Origin: Bugula neritina
Lineage: Eukaryota; Animalia; Bryozoa
NCBI GenBank assembly: GCA_964035545.1
Contig: OZ037771.1
Coordinates: 14,879,133-14,943,132 of the forward strand
DNA length: 64,000 bases
Direction: 5' to 3'
Shown: positions 13,085-25,587 of the stretch, one piece after another
Numbering within the stretch: position 1 is the stretch's first letter
Layout: each line of letters opens with the position of its first letter
Translations under genes and position numbers: made by a program
The notes under the pieces: model-generated
Seen by the model: the letters and a program-made list of their open reading frames with translations, nothing else
Databases searched by the model: none
What the model was told of the DNA's origin: nothing

Positions 13085-15178
13085 CAGGGATAGGCAAATG
13101 TTTTCAAAATAGGGCCAGATCTCAAGATTTAAGGCGTAAGAAGGGCCAGGTTTGTTCGTTGTAAATTCAAGGTATAAGGGTAACAGGGGGGGAGGCCACA
13201 ACGAGCCGAATTTTGAATTTTTCGCTCTTATTTGTCTGTTTTTCAAGTTACTAGTTCAATAATTTCTAGTATAAATGCCGCATCTGTTGTCTGTTATAGG
13301 TATCAGTTGGTTGTTTCTATCTCTTTCACAACTTTCAGAATAAGGAAATTTTCATGTCAAAAAAATGGCCCATTGTGCCCGGTACCAGGGTACAATGGAC
13401 CACTGGGTGGGACACAACAAATATATTGAAACTTTGCTGATTTGGTTGCATCTGATCTTTATTTTTTTAATATTAAAAATAAATAAAAATATTCTTTCAG
13501 ATCTATAGCAAAAATCATGTTTTAGCTGTACAGTTTTTGCCACCACGGATAGCAGGGGAGACAAAGTCAAACGTACATCACTCATTATCATTACTGTTTA
13601 GAAATAAAAATGTTTTTTTCTATTTCCACTTCACAGGAACTTTCATTAGAAAAGATTTCAGTAACATGTACTACAAAATTCCGAGTGGACTTTTTTCTAT
13701 GAACTGTAGCTAAGGTGCATGGCTGAGGTTTGTGACTAAAGCACAGAAAGGGAGGGTAGGAAATGAGCAAATCGCAATTTATTTTAGTCAAATACATGTA
13801 TATTCCCTCAATGATATAATGTATAATGAATATCATGACTATCCACTATAGTAGCAACAGCAGAGTGTTTTGTATTATGTATCAAATGACAAAGCTATAA
13901 CCTCACCAGATGTATATATTAGGGGAGCTTCACCTTGTAGTTTGGTAGTCTTACCATAATATCTTTTGATATTTTACAAAAAGGTCAGAAATGGTTATAT
14001 CTATAGATTTTAGTAACATTTCATCTAACTCTTTGGGCAAACAAATTAATAACAGTGATCAGGGTGCAATGATCAGGTGGCCCATTGTGCCCCATGTGGC
14101 CAAGTTGAAAATAAATATGGCTAAAGGAAAATTTATTTTAGAGTTTGCTGTTATACTAGATAAGCAATGTAGAGAAAATTAATGGCAACAATATCAGTAA
14201 AATCTAGGCTTGTTACCTTTCAGTGTAAAAAGTTATAAAGCTTTAACGACATCTTCAAAAATTTACAAAAAAGTAAGTAAAAACAGTTTTTGACTTGCCT
14301 CTTCAACATGTATCCTCCGCAAGTGTTGAAACTACAAGGGCTGAATAATTATGTCAATACCTTTTTATTAAAAAAACTGCAACTCTAAGTTAATAAGTTC
14401 TCTCACAATTTGGCCAGCTTTTCGTACCCCTATGACTGTTGTGCTCCCCCCCTTACCCCTACAATGCTGCATTACTAAGTGCATATATAAATTGCTTTTT
14501 TCCAGTTTCCTGGGCTGAAAGTAGCTTGTAGATGCAGAATACAAAAGATATGACAGTTTATTAATTTAACAACAAGTTGTATATAGTTTCCTAAGCAAGA
14601 AAGCAGCAAATAATATATTGGGTACACTTATAGTACTGGAATTAGTGAGAAGTATGAAAAACACTTTTGTTAGCCATAATAGCACTAATGTCACTGCTAG
14701 TAATGGGTTCATGTGTGGCTACTCGAAGCAAATCTTGCAGATGCCCATTGGTGAGCGTGTTCTATTACTATTTTTATATGGTTCATGCTAGAAAACATGC
14801 ATTCAAATTTATAAGTATAACCAAATATGCTCAGTACTCTTAGTCCCAGTTTAGTTATTGAAGGGTACTTCTCACTGGTTACTGGTGAAGTGTAAAAGCT
14901 ATATGTTGTTGTTGCAGCAGCAAAGTGATAAATTGATCTGCTGCAGCATGGATATCACATAACTCAAATTGTAATACTGCTATAATTGTGCTCACTGAAG
15001 CGTGATCATTAGTTACAGCAGCTATGCATTGGCCAGAATCTTCTCATGAGTTATGTTCATGATTGGACAGTGTTGCTTAGTACATACATTATTAGAATTG
15101 CTAGTGATTGGCTGAGGGCCTGATTAAAACAGTAGAAGGGCCTGATGTGGCCCGCGGGCCGCCATTTGCCCATCCCTG
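13085..15178. mobile_element. hAT (Buster/Charlie-type) non-autonomous DNA transposon
   Basis: 16-bp TIR CAGGGATAGGCAAATG / CATTTGCCCATCCCTG with an exact 8-bp TSD CTCTACAC (13077-13084, 15179-15186) that has a central TA. The subterminal GGCCCGCGGGCCG motif is typical of Charlie-like elements. Confidence 0.9.
13177..14459. mobile_element. TA-flanked TIR element (pogo/Fot1-like Tc1-mariner, non-autonomous) nested in the hAT element
   Basis: Imperfect TIRs AGGGTAACAGGGGGGGAGGCCACAAC / GTTGTGCTCCCCCCCTTACCCC with TA on both sides. TGGCCCATTGTGCCC is repeated internally (~13366, ~14078). Confidence 0.6.
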
Positions 15179-17249
15179 CTCTACACCTTTTACATTGCTC
15201 ATATGAATTTTAGGAATGCATTTCTCCAACAACACATAATTGTCCAGCTGCTCAACGGCTAGCACAATTGCTTACAAGCCAGAAGTCTGCAGTTCAAATT
15301 TCAGTAAGGGAAATATTTTACACAAGTGTTATACTTACATATTTTAGTTGCAAATATGTTCAAAAATACCAGACATTGAGCTATTAGACATTATAAATAG
15401 TGCGTTATATAGGATATACTCCTCTTGATACAAATTTGCACAAGATTAGTGTCAATTTTGATTAATGGGCGCTAGCTAAAATATGCCCAATGGTTAACAG
15501 AAGTTTTACTGACAGTCTTTTGTGGTAAGGAGCTAAATGGTGAAGACATGGAAAAGTTACTACTGCATACCTGCAATGCAAGTATATAATTTCTATCTTT
15601 TATTGTTGTTGTAATATAATTATCTTCAGTAATATGTATAAGATCACCAGGTAGTTTTTTTTAAGCTAAAAAGGTTCTTGTTGGTGAGCCAATGTGTTAT
15701 ATAAAAGCTGCTGTTTTAGTGTCAGCCTCAATACTTAATCAAAACTCAGGCTATCTTTGATAATTTCAACTCTTTTTATTAGATAATTGACATTTGGGTT
15801 GGCTTTTGGGTTGTTACTAATCTATCTTTGAACTAAAACTCAATGAAAAGTTGTCAAAATATGTTATTGAAATATGAGTAAGCTTACAATTAGCATATAT
15901 AACTAAATTATAATAACAGTGATAAATGCTAATAACTTGGTAAAAGTAATTAAACTGAATCACAGTTTTAAACAAGAATCTGAAAAAAGCCTGACTTCAG
16001 CAGGGACCTATAAACAAACTAAAACACAATTCTCATGCTCACAACATAAGCTATCTTCAGATTACTGGTCAAGCGTAAACTTTTGAACTGTACCATGTTG
16101 AAAAGTTTCATGATTAATTTCACACATGCTCCAAAGTGATAATATTTAGCTGACTGGAAGGTTACTTAACTTTTAGTAACCAAGTCCAAATCTTTTATGT
16201 AGTGGTACTCACATGCAGTAATTATGTTGTAGATATAAATTATATTCAATTTTCTGAGCAGGTCACAATACAAAATTAATGTTCACAGTATAAAGACAAT
16301 TTCATTTTTCCGTTGAGTTTAGGTGGAATATAGCAATAATGAATGTTAATGATGCTTGTGAGCTTTATAGCAGGTCCATACTCATAATAAACATGAGTAA
16401 GTCTCATAATTATGAGTATTACTTACTCTTAACCTGGCACTTGCTTTTCTGTTTTAGTCTGTATTCCAGTAAATTATGACCACATGATAGGAATATGGAA
16501 TTATACTTTTTCTTTGTACTTGCACTGACTTCGATTACTTTGTTGATATCATGGAAAAGCATGCATTATTGCCCTTGTTTAAAGTCTAGATGCCTAAATC
16601 TATATATAACAAGATTATAGGTTCTTCTACCTTTATTGAAGTGACACTGAAACTCCTGCTTATTAGAGTTTAGTTCTTATCTTACCAAAAAAAATTCATT
16701 ATGTTTGGCTCTATTTTGATTCAAAAATGCTTTTTTTTTAAGAAAAATTATAGATGCCTGACCATGGTGATTTGAAAGCACCTACCTCTGTTGTTATGCT
16801 ATCAAAGACCATAAATATTATAGTGTTTTATTGAATCCAAATATGTGAGACAAATACAACATTTGATGCTTGATAAAAAATTCTTTGGTGGTTAAAAGAA
16901 AGCTTGAACGTTTCACTTAATAATGATAAAGTCTACATTTAAACCTTGAAATTGTTTTTGCTAATTTTTCTAATTAACTTGCATGCATTGTTTTTGAAAG
17001 CATTTATTCCCCTATGTATTACCTTGCATCAACATGATCTTTTTCCTGACTTGCATTCAGGTTTGCTGGAAACTTAGTATTGAGTTTCAAAATTATGCTA
17101 AAACCTTCTACCTCTCTTTTGCATGGCGACTTTGATACATTTTTTTATTACCTCATTGAAAAAGGTAACAAATATTTGCCCTTTCCATTCTGGTGAAAAA
17201 TATTTTGTTTTAATTAGATTACTCTGCTTGCATTTAAAAAATTAACTTA

Positions 17250-18006
17250 CACAGGATAGTTAAGGGCATCCTCACTAAGAATATCATAAATTTCTCTCAA
17301 AATGTAGTTAAGGTTCTTGAATAATACTACTCTGCGGGTGGCATGCGTGTTGCCTACTTGCAATTGTTTAGCCTAAGATCAAACTACAACCAATAAGCAG
17401 CAACCTTCATTAGGGCTGCGTTATCTATCAAAATTCCATTATAGGTGCTACATAAACAAAGTACAAAGCAAGCTATTCATTATAGCCTGCCAGCTGGCAA
17501 GCCTGTAATTAGCATGTACGCGCCAATATCTTCACATCCCTACGTGCTCATTGAAGCGTGAAGCACTGCGCGCTGCTAAGTTACTATGAAAAAAAATGGC
17601 ATTTTCAGTGTATAAATCACCAATTTATGGGAAATCTAAAATGGTTATTGGAAAAAGAAAAAAATTTACACTGGAGAAATATCTCAGGATTCCAGCAGTG
17701 CAATTTTTATTCAGATATCATGCTTTGCTGCTGAGATATTTTACTGGTACTGAAAAGTCAGCTTTTCAGGCAAAATTGGCCAAAATTGGGAAGTTTTTTG
17801 TCTATAACTTTGCAAAAAAAATGGAAATTGAAATTTCCAAAAAAAATTACACTGGAGAAAAAGAAGATCTACAACATAGTTTTTAAATTTTGACTCTAGC
17901 ACAATTAGGTGAGATTTTATTTAACTGGTACTGAATTCTCATATGATTACAATGCAAACCTCAGCAAGGCAGTTGCAGCTAAAAGGTTGCCCTTAACTAT
18001 CCTGTG
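17250..18006. mobile_element. MITE with 23-bp CAC-starting TIRs
   Basis: TIRs CACAGGATAGTTAAGGGCATCCT / AGGTTGCCCTTAACTATCCTGTG, with internal direct repeats (TTACACTGGAGAAA, ACTGGTACTGAA). It interrupts an older copy of the array unit. No clear TSD. Confidence 0.7.
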
Positions 18007-21000
18007 ATATGTCTCTAGATGATGTTTCTTGACAAATGGAAGCTCGTAGACTTTTTTGACATTCTTTATTTATTATGGCCTACTTATAAACTTCAAAAAC
18101 AGTACTTGCAAATGTTTAGCTATGTTGTTATAGCTACAATTAATGTAATATTATGCTGATATTCCAACCTCATGGATAAAAATTGTGTTGGGATGTTATT
18201 CTACCTGCTTCTTGATTAAATTCCATTGACCTGACCACACAGGGTAAAATTATGCTGTTGCTCATAATATTACTCTACTTTAAAATTACACTGAATTTCA
18301 TTTTATTTGACCAAATTTGTGTTGAAAAAATTCATTTGTGTTTGCTAAATTCCAGCGTCCAACATACATATTTTGCAAGCATAACATGATTATGAGCTGA
18401 TAATAACTAGTCCTCTACCTTGTAACTATACTGAAATTTCTGCTCATTTCTTTCACTAATTTCAAAACATGGAACAGAATCCACGCAAATTTGTACTAAA
18501 ATAACATTAGTTTTGATGGATTGGAAGATAAATAATATGACCACAAGTCTTGCCTAATAAACTACAGAGTTGAGTAGAATTCATAATCCTTCACAGCTTA
18601 GCAAAATAATCAATAAATCTATATCAGTCAAGACATTAGTTACATTAAATATCATTTCATCACCATTCACCTACCACTTCTATACAGCAGATGTACCAGT
18701 TGGGCATGAGTCTATGCGGCTCAAGCTAGCTATTAGAATGCTTTGATTTTTAATTAAAGTAATGTGCATATGTTAACTGTGAATGACAGGAGCTCAGCTT
18801 AAAAATAATTAATAATAGGCAGTCAACAGGTGCTGGGCAATTATAGCCCAGATAAACCAGAATAGTGTCAGTGCAGCAACAAGTTTGAAACCAGTAACAA
18901 GTACAGCTAACCAAAACAGAATAATATATCAGAATGCAGTAGTAACAGATGGTTGTTCACAGAATTTTGTCACTAAAACATATTTTTTATGATGCCACTG
19001 CAATTCTGTAATTAGTCTTAGAACAAGGCACTATCTTTGCTAAAATTCTTTTTTTATTTCTAACACAGCTATTTTCACATATACCATAACATAGATCAGC
19101 TTCTGCACAAGTTCGCACTAGAATAGAATTAGTTTTTGATACATTGTGATAAGATAAAGGTCGTATAAACTATTGCTTGTTGCTAAAACACACTATTCGG
19201 TCAAAAGCTTGCATTTGGAATTACGAGTCAAAATAATTTTCTTATCGCATTTGTTACTCACAACTGTAAAATCAAACAAATTCACAATACTAAATCTAGA
19301 ATTTTAATACTTTACCATCTTTTGGTTATAGGTGTAATAAATGAAAACAACTCGCAATCAACATAATCTTTCTTGAATAAAGTATGCAACCAGAAGCACA
19401 TACACAATTCAAACACAATGCATGCAGACATGCACTTTTAGCATGGAATGTACAGTATTGATTTGACTATATAGTCTCCAGTAACTTAATTGTGAGAGTA
19501 GCTCAATATTATCAAAATATGTACGAACATTATAATATTTATTTTATTTGCTAACTTCAAACACATATCAGTCAGTTATATGGCTATAAAAAGGCTATAA
19601 GTCAATTTTTTATTTAATGCGTATAGTCTGACACAAATATAGCAGCTACAAAATCAAAGCAGTTGCAAATTTTTTAAATATAGACTTGCTTGAATATAAC
19701 TAAAAATATCATAACATTTTAATTGTAATACAAGATAATATGTTTTAGATCAGTAGATTAATATAATATATGGCAACAAGTAACTTATAATAAAGAGAAA
19801 TAAAAAATATTTGAATCAACATCTTTTTCTCTGATGTTTTCAGTCGTACTCTCTCAATAGCCACATAGATGAAATTAATTTGTTTGTATTTAAATTTACC
19901 AGTTTTTTAAATAATGCTAAGATCGAGCTACTACTTTGCCCATTGCCAACTTTGTCCATGGTCTGATCAATTGTTTTTAGTTCATATATTAGATTATTTT
20001 TCTTGCACTAAAAAACTCAGCAACATCTCACACTGATGTTTTTAACAAACAAGACCCTTTTTCTTCTAGTTATTGTGGCCTCATCAATGATGTTGAAGTT
20101 TTATGTTTAAATTTCTGCTATAAATCGCAGCAAATCATTTAATTTTCCTAATGGTTAGTTTATGGATGTCTCGAATGACATTCTTTGCGCATCATGATAC
20201 CATTATATGAATATTAAAAATGGTAACACTACCTTTGTAGTTAAACTGAATCAATTTTTTTATATAGATGCTGAATCCAAATGCTTCTATATTTTTATCA
20301 TAATTCATGCCAGTGATTTTATTTTCTATTTTTTCAAATTACTTTTTTTTAATATAGTTTGCATTTCTTGTTGATTTCTAGAGGCAGAAAATTTTTTTCC
20401 TAATCAAACCCCAAGCTACTGAAACTTGACTGCGGTGTTGTAAAATCCTGCATCTGGTGGTATGTTATCATAAAAGTTAGCAACATTGCTTTGGTAACTT
20501 TTGTATTTATTGAGCGCCCATATGTACAGTAAATACAATATTTGATGCCTGAAAAACATTAATGCTGTTTAAAAGAAAAGCTGAAGGTTTCAATATTGCT
20601 AAAGTCTACTTATTGATTTTGATATTGCTTTTGTCAAATTTTTGAATAATGTTGCATGCACTGTTTTTAGAAATATTAGTTTTCTGATAGAATAGTCTTG
20701 TGCCAATTTGATTTTGCTTTCAGTTATGTGCATTCCGGTTTGTTGTTAGTTGAGCATTGAATTTTAAAATCATGCATGAGACCTTTTCCTTCCGTGGTCT
20801 TTCTAACAGATTTTTCTTTGTTCCCACAAAATATATTTTATGTTCAGGTGAAACATGTTATGCTTATGAGTTTTAATTGAATTACTTTCATTGCATCGAA
20901 AAGTTCAGGTCATCTGTCTCTATTTCTGGAAAGACACAACTTTCTTATAGGCTCTGTGATATGCTCCATATATTTATTGTGGCTTCATCCTAAATTTCAA

Positions 21001-23129
21001 AGCCTGTTCTAGTCGGGCTAGAAAATTCACCTTTATGTTTATATCACAAGTACAATAAAGATATTCACATAGATATAAAAATTACTAATAACCTCAACTA
21101 TTCATAGCAAGTTTTATAAGCATTTAAATTATAAGTGATTGTGTTTATGCTTAGTATAGTTATCTATTGTAAAAGTTTTGATATATATAAGCTAATAATA
21201 TATAATAATATTGGAATGCATAGATTAACATAACATGTATTTTACTAAAATAGATGGCATCAGCAATAGTTTAAAATTTTATACACTTTGGATCATTAAG
21301 GCAGTTATTATAAACATAATGTCCTTGATTATTCGAATAGTATTTTATTTTTATGTAACCATTTTATTCCCATCTGAAAGTCTTTCTCACTTGCTAAAAA
21401 TATAGCATAAGTAATATGGCCACAAGTCTTGCCTAATAAGCTATAAAATCAAATAGAATTTTTAATCCTTTAAAGCTTATAGTTGAATATGAAATAAATC
21501 TATATTAGCCAAGAAAGTAATAAACTTATTAGATAATTATAATGCTTTAATTTCTGATTACAAATAATGTGCTTGTGTTGATCGTGAATGAACGAAGCTA
21601 GGCTTAAAATGTTAACAATAATTAGCCAACTGATAACAGACAATTATAGCCCAGATAAACCAGAACAGTGTCATAGTGTCATGTTATAGCAGGTACAGCT
21701 AACCCCAATTATTTAACAGAGTATGATTCAACGATGTTGTTTGTAAGTTTCAAGGATTTAAAACAGAGTCTTTATGATGCTGTTTAAGTTGGAATAGTAC
21801 TCTATCAATATTAGTTTTAGAACCAGATATTTGCTTATGCAAACTGTTTTTCTGTCGCTGTTGCATCTTTTTTCAGATCTGGTATAACATGGAGCGGCTT
21901 CCACACAAGTTTGCACTAAAATAAAATTAGTTTTCGACGCATTGTATAAAAGCTAAAATCTTTGTACATTATTATTTGCTACTAAAAAATTATATTGAAT
22001 CAAAAGTTGCATAGGTAATTAGTGGGCATAATAATTGCATAGCATTGTTAACTTACTATTGTAAATTTGAACAAATTCACAAAACTAAACTTAGAAATTT
22101 GATGCTTTATTATCTCATAGTTGTAAGTGTAACAAATAAAAACAACTCCCAATCAACCAAATCTTTCATGAATAAGAAATGCAATCAGAAGCCCACATTA
22201 AAACCAAACACAATACAAGCATGCACTTTTATTATGAAGTGTGCAGTGTTGATTTGACTATAGTTTTTATTCACCTAATCAAAAAGGTAGCTCAAGATCA
22301 TCAAAGCTTTTAGACGTATTATAATATTCATTTCATGCATCTGCTTTATTTTAAACACGAATCAGTCTGTTGATGCTATACAATTGAAGCAATTAAATAT
22401 TTAGTAAATTTTAAATTCATCATTGATAAAAATAGTAGTTTTTTGCAAAATTTAACAATTTGCAAATTTTTCTAAATATGAAGTTGCTGAAAACTTCTAC
22501 AAAAATATGTAGCCCATGATGTGGTTTATACTAGTATATAGATTCATATATTACATGGCAAGACATAGACGATAATAAAGAACAATGATGCAATTTTTGA
22601 TTCAATTTTTTTCTCTGACTTTTTCAGTCAAGAGCCCTCCGCAGCCACATATATGAATTTCATTTGTTGGTATTTACTTTTTTTAAATAATGCAAAAAAC
22701 TTCTACTTTGCCCATTGCCAACTTATTTTACGGTTTGTGCATAAAGCGGCAAAACTTGCTGCCTGTCAATTTCTGGTCCAACCAACATTTTTAGTTTATA
22801 TATTAAATTAAATTTCTTAATTTTATTTTGTTGTAAAAATTTGATTTGTATTTCCTGTTGCTCTCTGGAGGCAAAACACTCGTTTCTCAGTTGAACCTCC
22901 AAGCTACTGATACCTGACCGCATGCGGTGTTTTAAAGTGCCGTATCTGGTATGCTATCATAAAAGTCAATAACTTTAATCTGGTAACTTTTGCATTTTTT
23001 CAGCCAAGTTTGTAGCGTGAAAAAAATTTATGCTCGGAAAAGATGGTTTGTTGATTAAAAAGATGAAAAAGTTTCATTTAGCATGCCCTATCCACATATT
23101 GCAATTTAAATTGATTTTGTTTATATGTT

Positions 23130-24613
23130 GGTCACCTTTGGTCACCTTTCACCGCCGTGGTCCTGCGCGGGTGGCGGGTTTTTGCTTGATACCAAGTTCT
23201 ACCAGGCATCTCCATCGAACTCGATCTTCAGCATCTGCGCCATCTAGATCGAGCCATCTAAGGTCTGAGTTTATTGTATCACATCATCTTTGCTTTGGTC
23301 TACCCCTAGGTCGAACTCCCTCAGCTGTCATCTCTGACACTCTCCGGATGTCTTCCTCGCTTTCTCTTCTTCTAACATGTCCATACCACCGCATTCGTCT
23401 TTTCCTCATCAGGTCTTTAATTGGCATCACTCTCGCTTCTGCTGTTATTTCCTCATTTGGCTTATGATCCTCTAAACTGACATTCAAACTGTATCGCAGC
23501 ATGCGCATCTCACATGATGACATCTTGTCTGCCAGAGATTTTGTGATGGGCCAAGTCTCATTTCCGTATAGTAGGGTTGGTCTGATAGCTATTTTGTAAA
23601 TCAGCACTTTGAGTTTTGTGGGCATTTTCTTGTCACAGAGCACACCAGACAGCTCTCTCCACTTATTCCAAGCCTTGGATATTCTCAGCTCAACCTCCCT
23701 CCGGCAGCCTCCCTCTTGTTGGATTGTTGTGCCCAAGTACTTGAATTTGGAACACTTGGGCAGGCTTTCTATAACCTGACTACCATACTTCTTCATCCCG
23801 ATGCTTTCTTGGTTTCCAACAACTGGCAGATGCTCGGTTTTATTTCGACTTATCTTCAATCCTGCTGCCTCTATTTTCTCTCTCCAGATCTCTAACCTTC
23901 TTTCTAATCTCTCTCTATTACTGTCGCACAGGACCAGATAATCGGCAAATAGCATTGCCCATGGGCTGTTCTCGTTTATGTCTTCTGCTAGGACATCCAT
24001 AATTATGATAAATAGCAGCGGGCTTAGCGCCGATCCCTGATGTAATCCGACTTCGATTTGGATTTTGCTTGTCAACCCAGAGTCTGTCCTAACACTAGTG
24101 CTGCAATCTTCGTACATGTCCTTTATAATGTTGATGTACTGCTCTGGGACCATTCGTTTCCGTAGGCAGTGCCATATTAACTCACGTGGTATAGTGTCGT
24201 AGGCTTTTTCAAGGTCCACGAACACCATATGGAGCTCTTTGTTGTGCTCTCTGTGCTTTTCTTGCAGTATTCGGAGGCAGAACATGGGTTCTGCGGTTGA
24301 TTTCCCTTTCTGAAATCCATACTGATTTTGCTTGATTGTAACTAATTCTCTGATTCTCTGTTCAATGATCTTCTCTAATAGTTTGAGGCAGTGGCTTAGC
24401 AGTTTTATCCCCCTGTAGTTTCCACAGTCTAGTGGGTCTCCTTTCTGTTTATATATTGGTGTTATCGGGCTCTCTCTCCAGTCTGGTGGTATCCTTTCGG
24501 AGATGATATTGTTCAAACACGCTGTCATCCATGTAGTTCCTCTCTCTTCCAGCAACTTTATGATGTCAATTGGTAGCTGGTCTGGCCCTGTGGCTTTGTT
24601 AGCTTTCATATTT
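23130..24613 (-). mobile_element. RTE-clade LINE, 5'-truncated copy 1 (RT with FADY instead of FADD and a premature stop)
   Basis: RT motifs KGDPLDCGNYRGIKLLSH, QYGFQKGKST, FVDLEKAYD, GLHQGSALSPLLF and FKYLG are present, plus a short-repeat 3' tail (AAAGGTGACC)2. Confidence 0.93.
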
Positions 24614-25026
24614 TTGTTTCTAGCACAACTTCTTTCCTGTATCAGGACGACCGTTTTGGCACCACTGTTGATCTTGGCAACCAGCTCTCTCCATCCCTTT
24701 CTGTTCTCTGTTCTCCTCAAGTTGTTGATCGGTGTCTTTCCAGTCCATTCTGTGATGTTGTCCTCCAATCTTTTTCTCTGCCTGCCTTTCCTTCTCCCTT
24801 CTTGTACAGTTCCTTGTAGGATTGTCTTGGCAAGTCCTGTGGATCTTGTGACACACCCATACCATTTCAGTTTCTGTCTCTTCACAGTAGTCAAAAAATC
24901 TTTGTGATGTCCTACTGCGTTCGTGACTCTATTCCGTATCTCAACATTTGTGAGGTGGTCTTTGTCGGAAATGCCTAGGGGCCTGCAGTAGCATCTCATT
25001 TCAGTTGCCTGTATTCTTCTTTCCAA
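23284..25026 (-). pseudogene. 580-aa chimeric ORF: C-terminus of the second RTE fused in frame to the RT of the first RTE
   Basis: In the ORF track the first ~138 aa are an RTE ORF C-terminus and the remainder is an RT core starting MKANKATGPDQ. The catalytic FADD reads FADY. Confidence 0.8.
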
Positions 25027-25587
25027 ATCTGCTGTCAGTGTCCATGACTCACAGGAATATGGAGATGACCAGTGATCGCATCAGTCTGATCTTTGAACAG
25101 AGCGTGATATTTCTGTCATTCCAAACAGGCCTCAGTTTTGTCAGGGCGGCTGTTGTTTGCGTGATCCTGGAGAGAATTTCAGGCTTTGATCCTTCATCTG
25201 ATACGACTGACCCAAGGTACTTGAAGCTCTTGACAGTTCCAAGTTTCTTGCAATTGACTTTGATGTCTGTGTTGATGCCGTCGGTATTGTTGGTCATCAG
25301 CTTGGTTTTCTCTGCACTGATCTCCGGCCATACGCTGCTGAGGTTGTGTCTAATTGTTCTACAAGTTTGGCTAGCTCTTGTTCTTCCCCTGCTCGTCAGT
25401 CAATGTCGTCAGCAAAACACAAGTTGGTAATTGTTCTGCCTTCAATGCTGACTGTTCTATCGACCTCTTCTAGTGCGTCAGTCATGATTCTTTCTAAGAA
25501 GATGTTGAAGAGAGTTAGAAAAAGTTAACAGCCTTGTCTGACCCCGACCATAATCCTGAACTAGTCCCCTATGCTTCTGTTGAGGTA
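24614..25587 (-). mobile_element. Fragment of a second, different RTE-clade LINE (C-terminal RT region, disrupted)
   Basis: Translates to GVRQGC*L..LFNIFLE, NLCFADDID, SFKYLGSVVSDEGSKPEILSRI, IQATEMRCY, LAKTILQGTVQEGRRKGRQ, with stops and frameshifts. Confidence 0.9.

Noticed and set aside
17596-17886. 96-aa ORF
   Set aside because: It lies within the internal repeats of the MITE and has no recognisable domain.
22723-22923. Repeated short ORFs in the array (MRSGISSLE..., MLFLSKKSV...)
   Set aside because: Open patches in a decayed repeat unit; other copies are interrupted.
23030-23467. Repeated + strand ORF MLGKDGLL... (also 34661 and 36439) and other + strand ORFs over the RTE copies
   Set aside because: They are antisense to the RTE ORF and span the insertion junction. 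They recur only because the DNA was duplicated.
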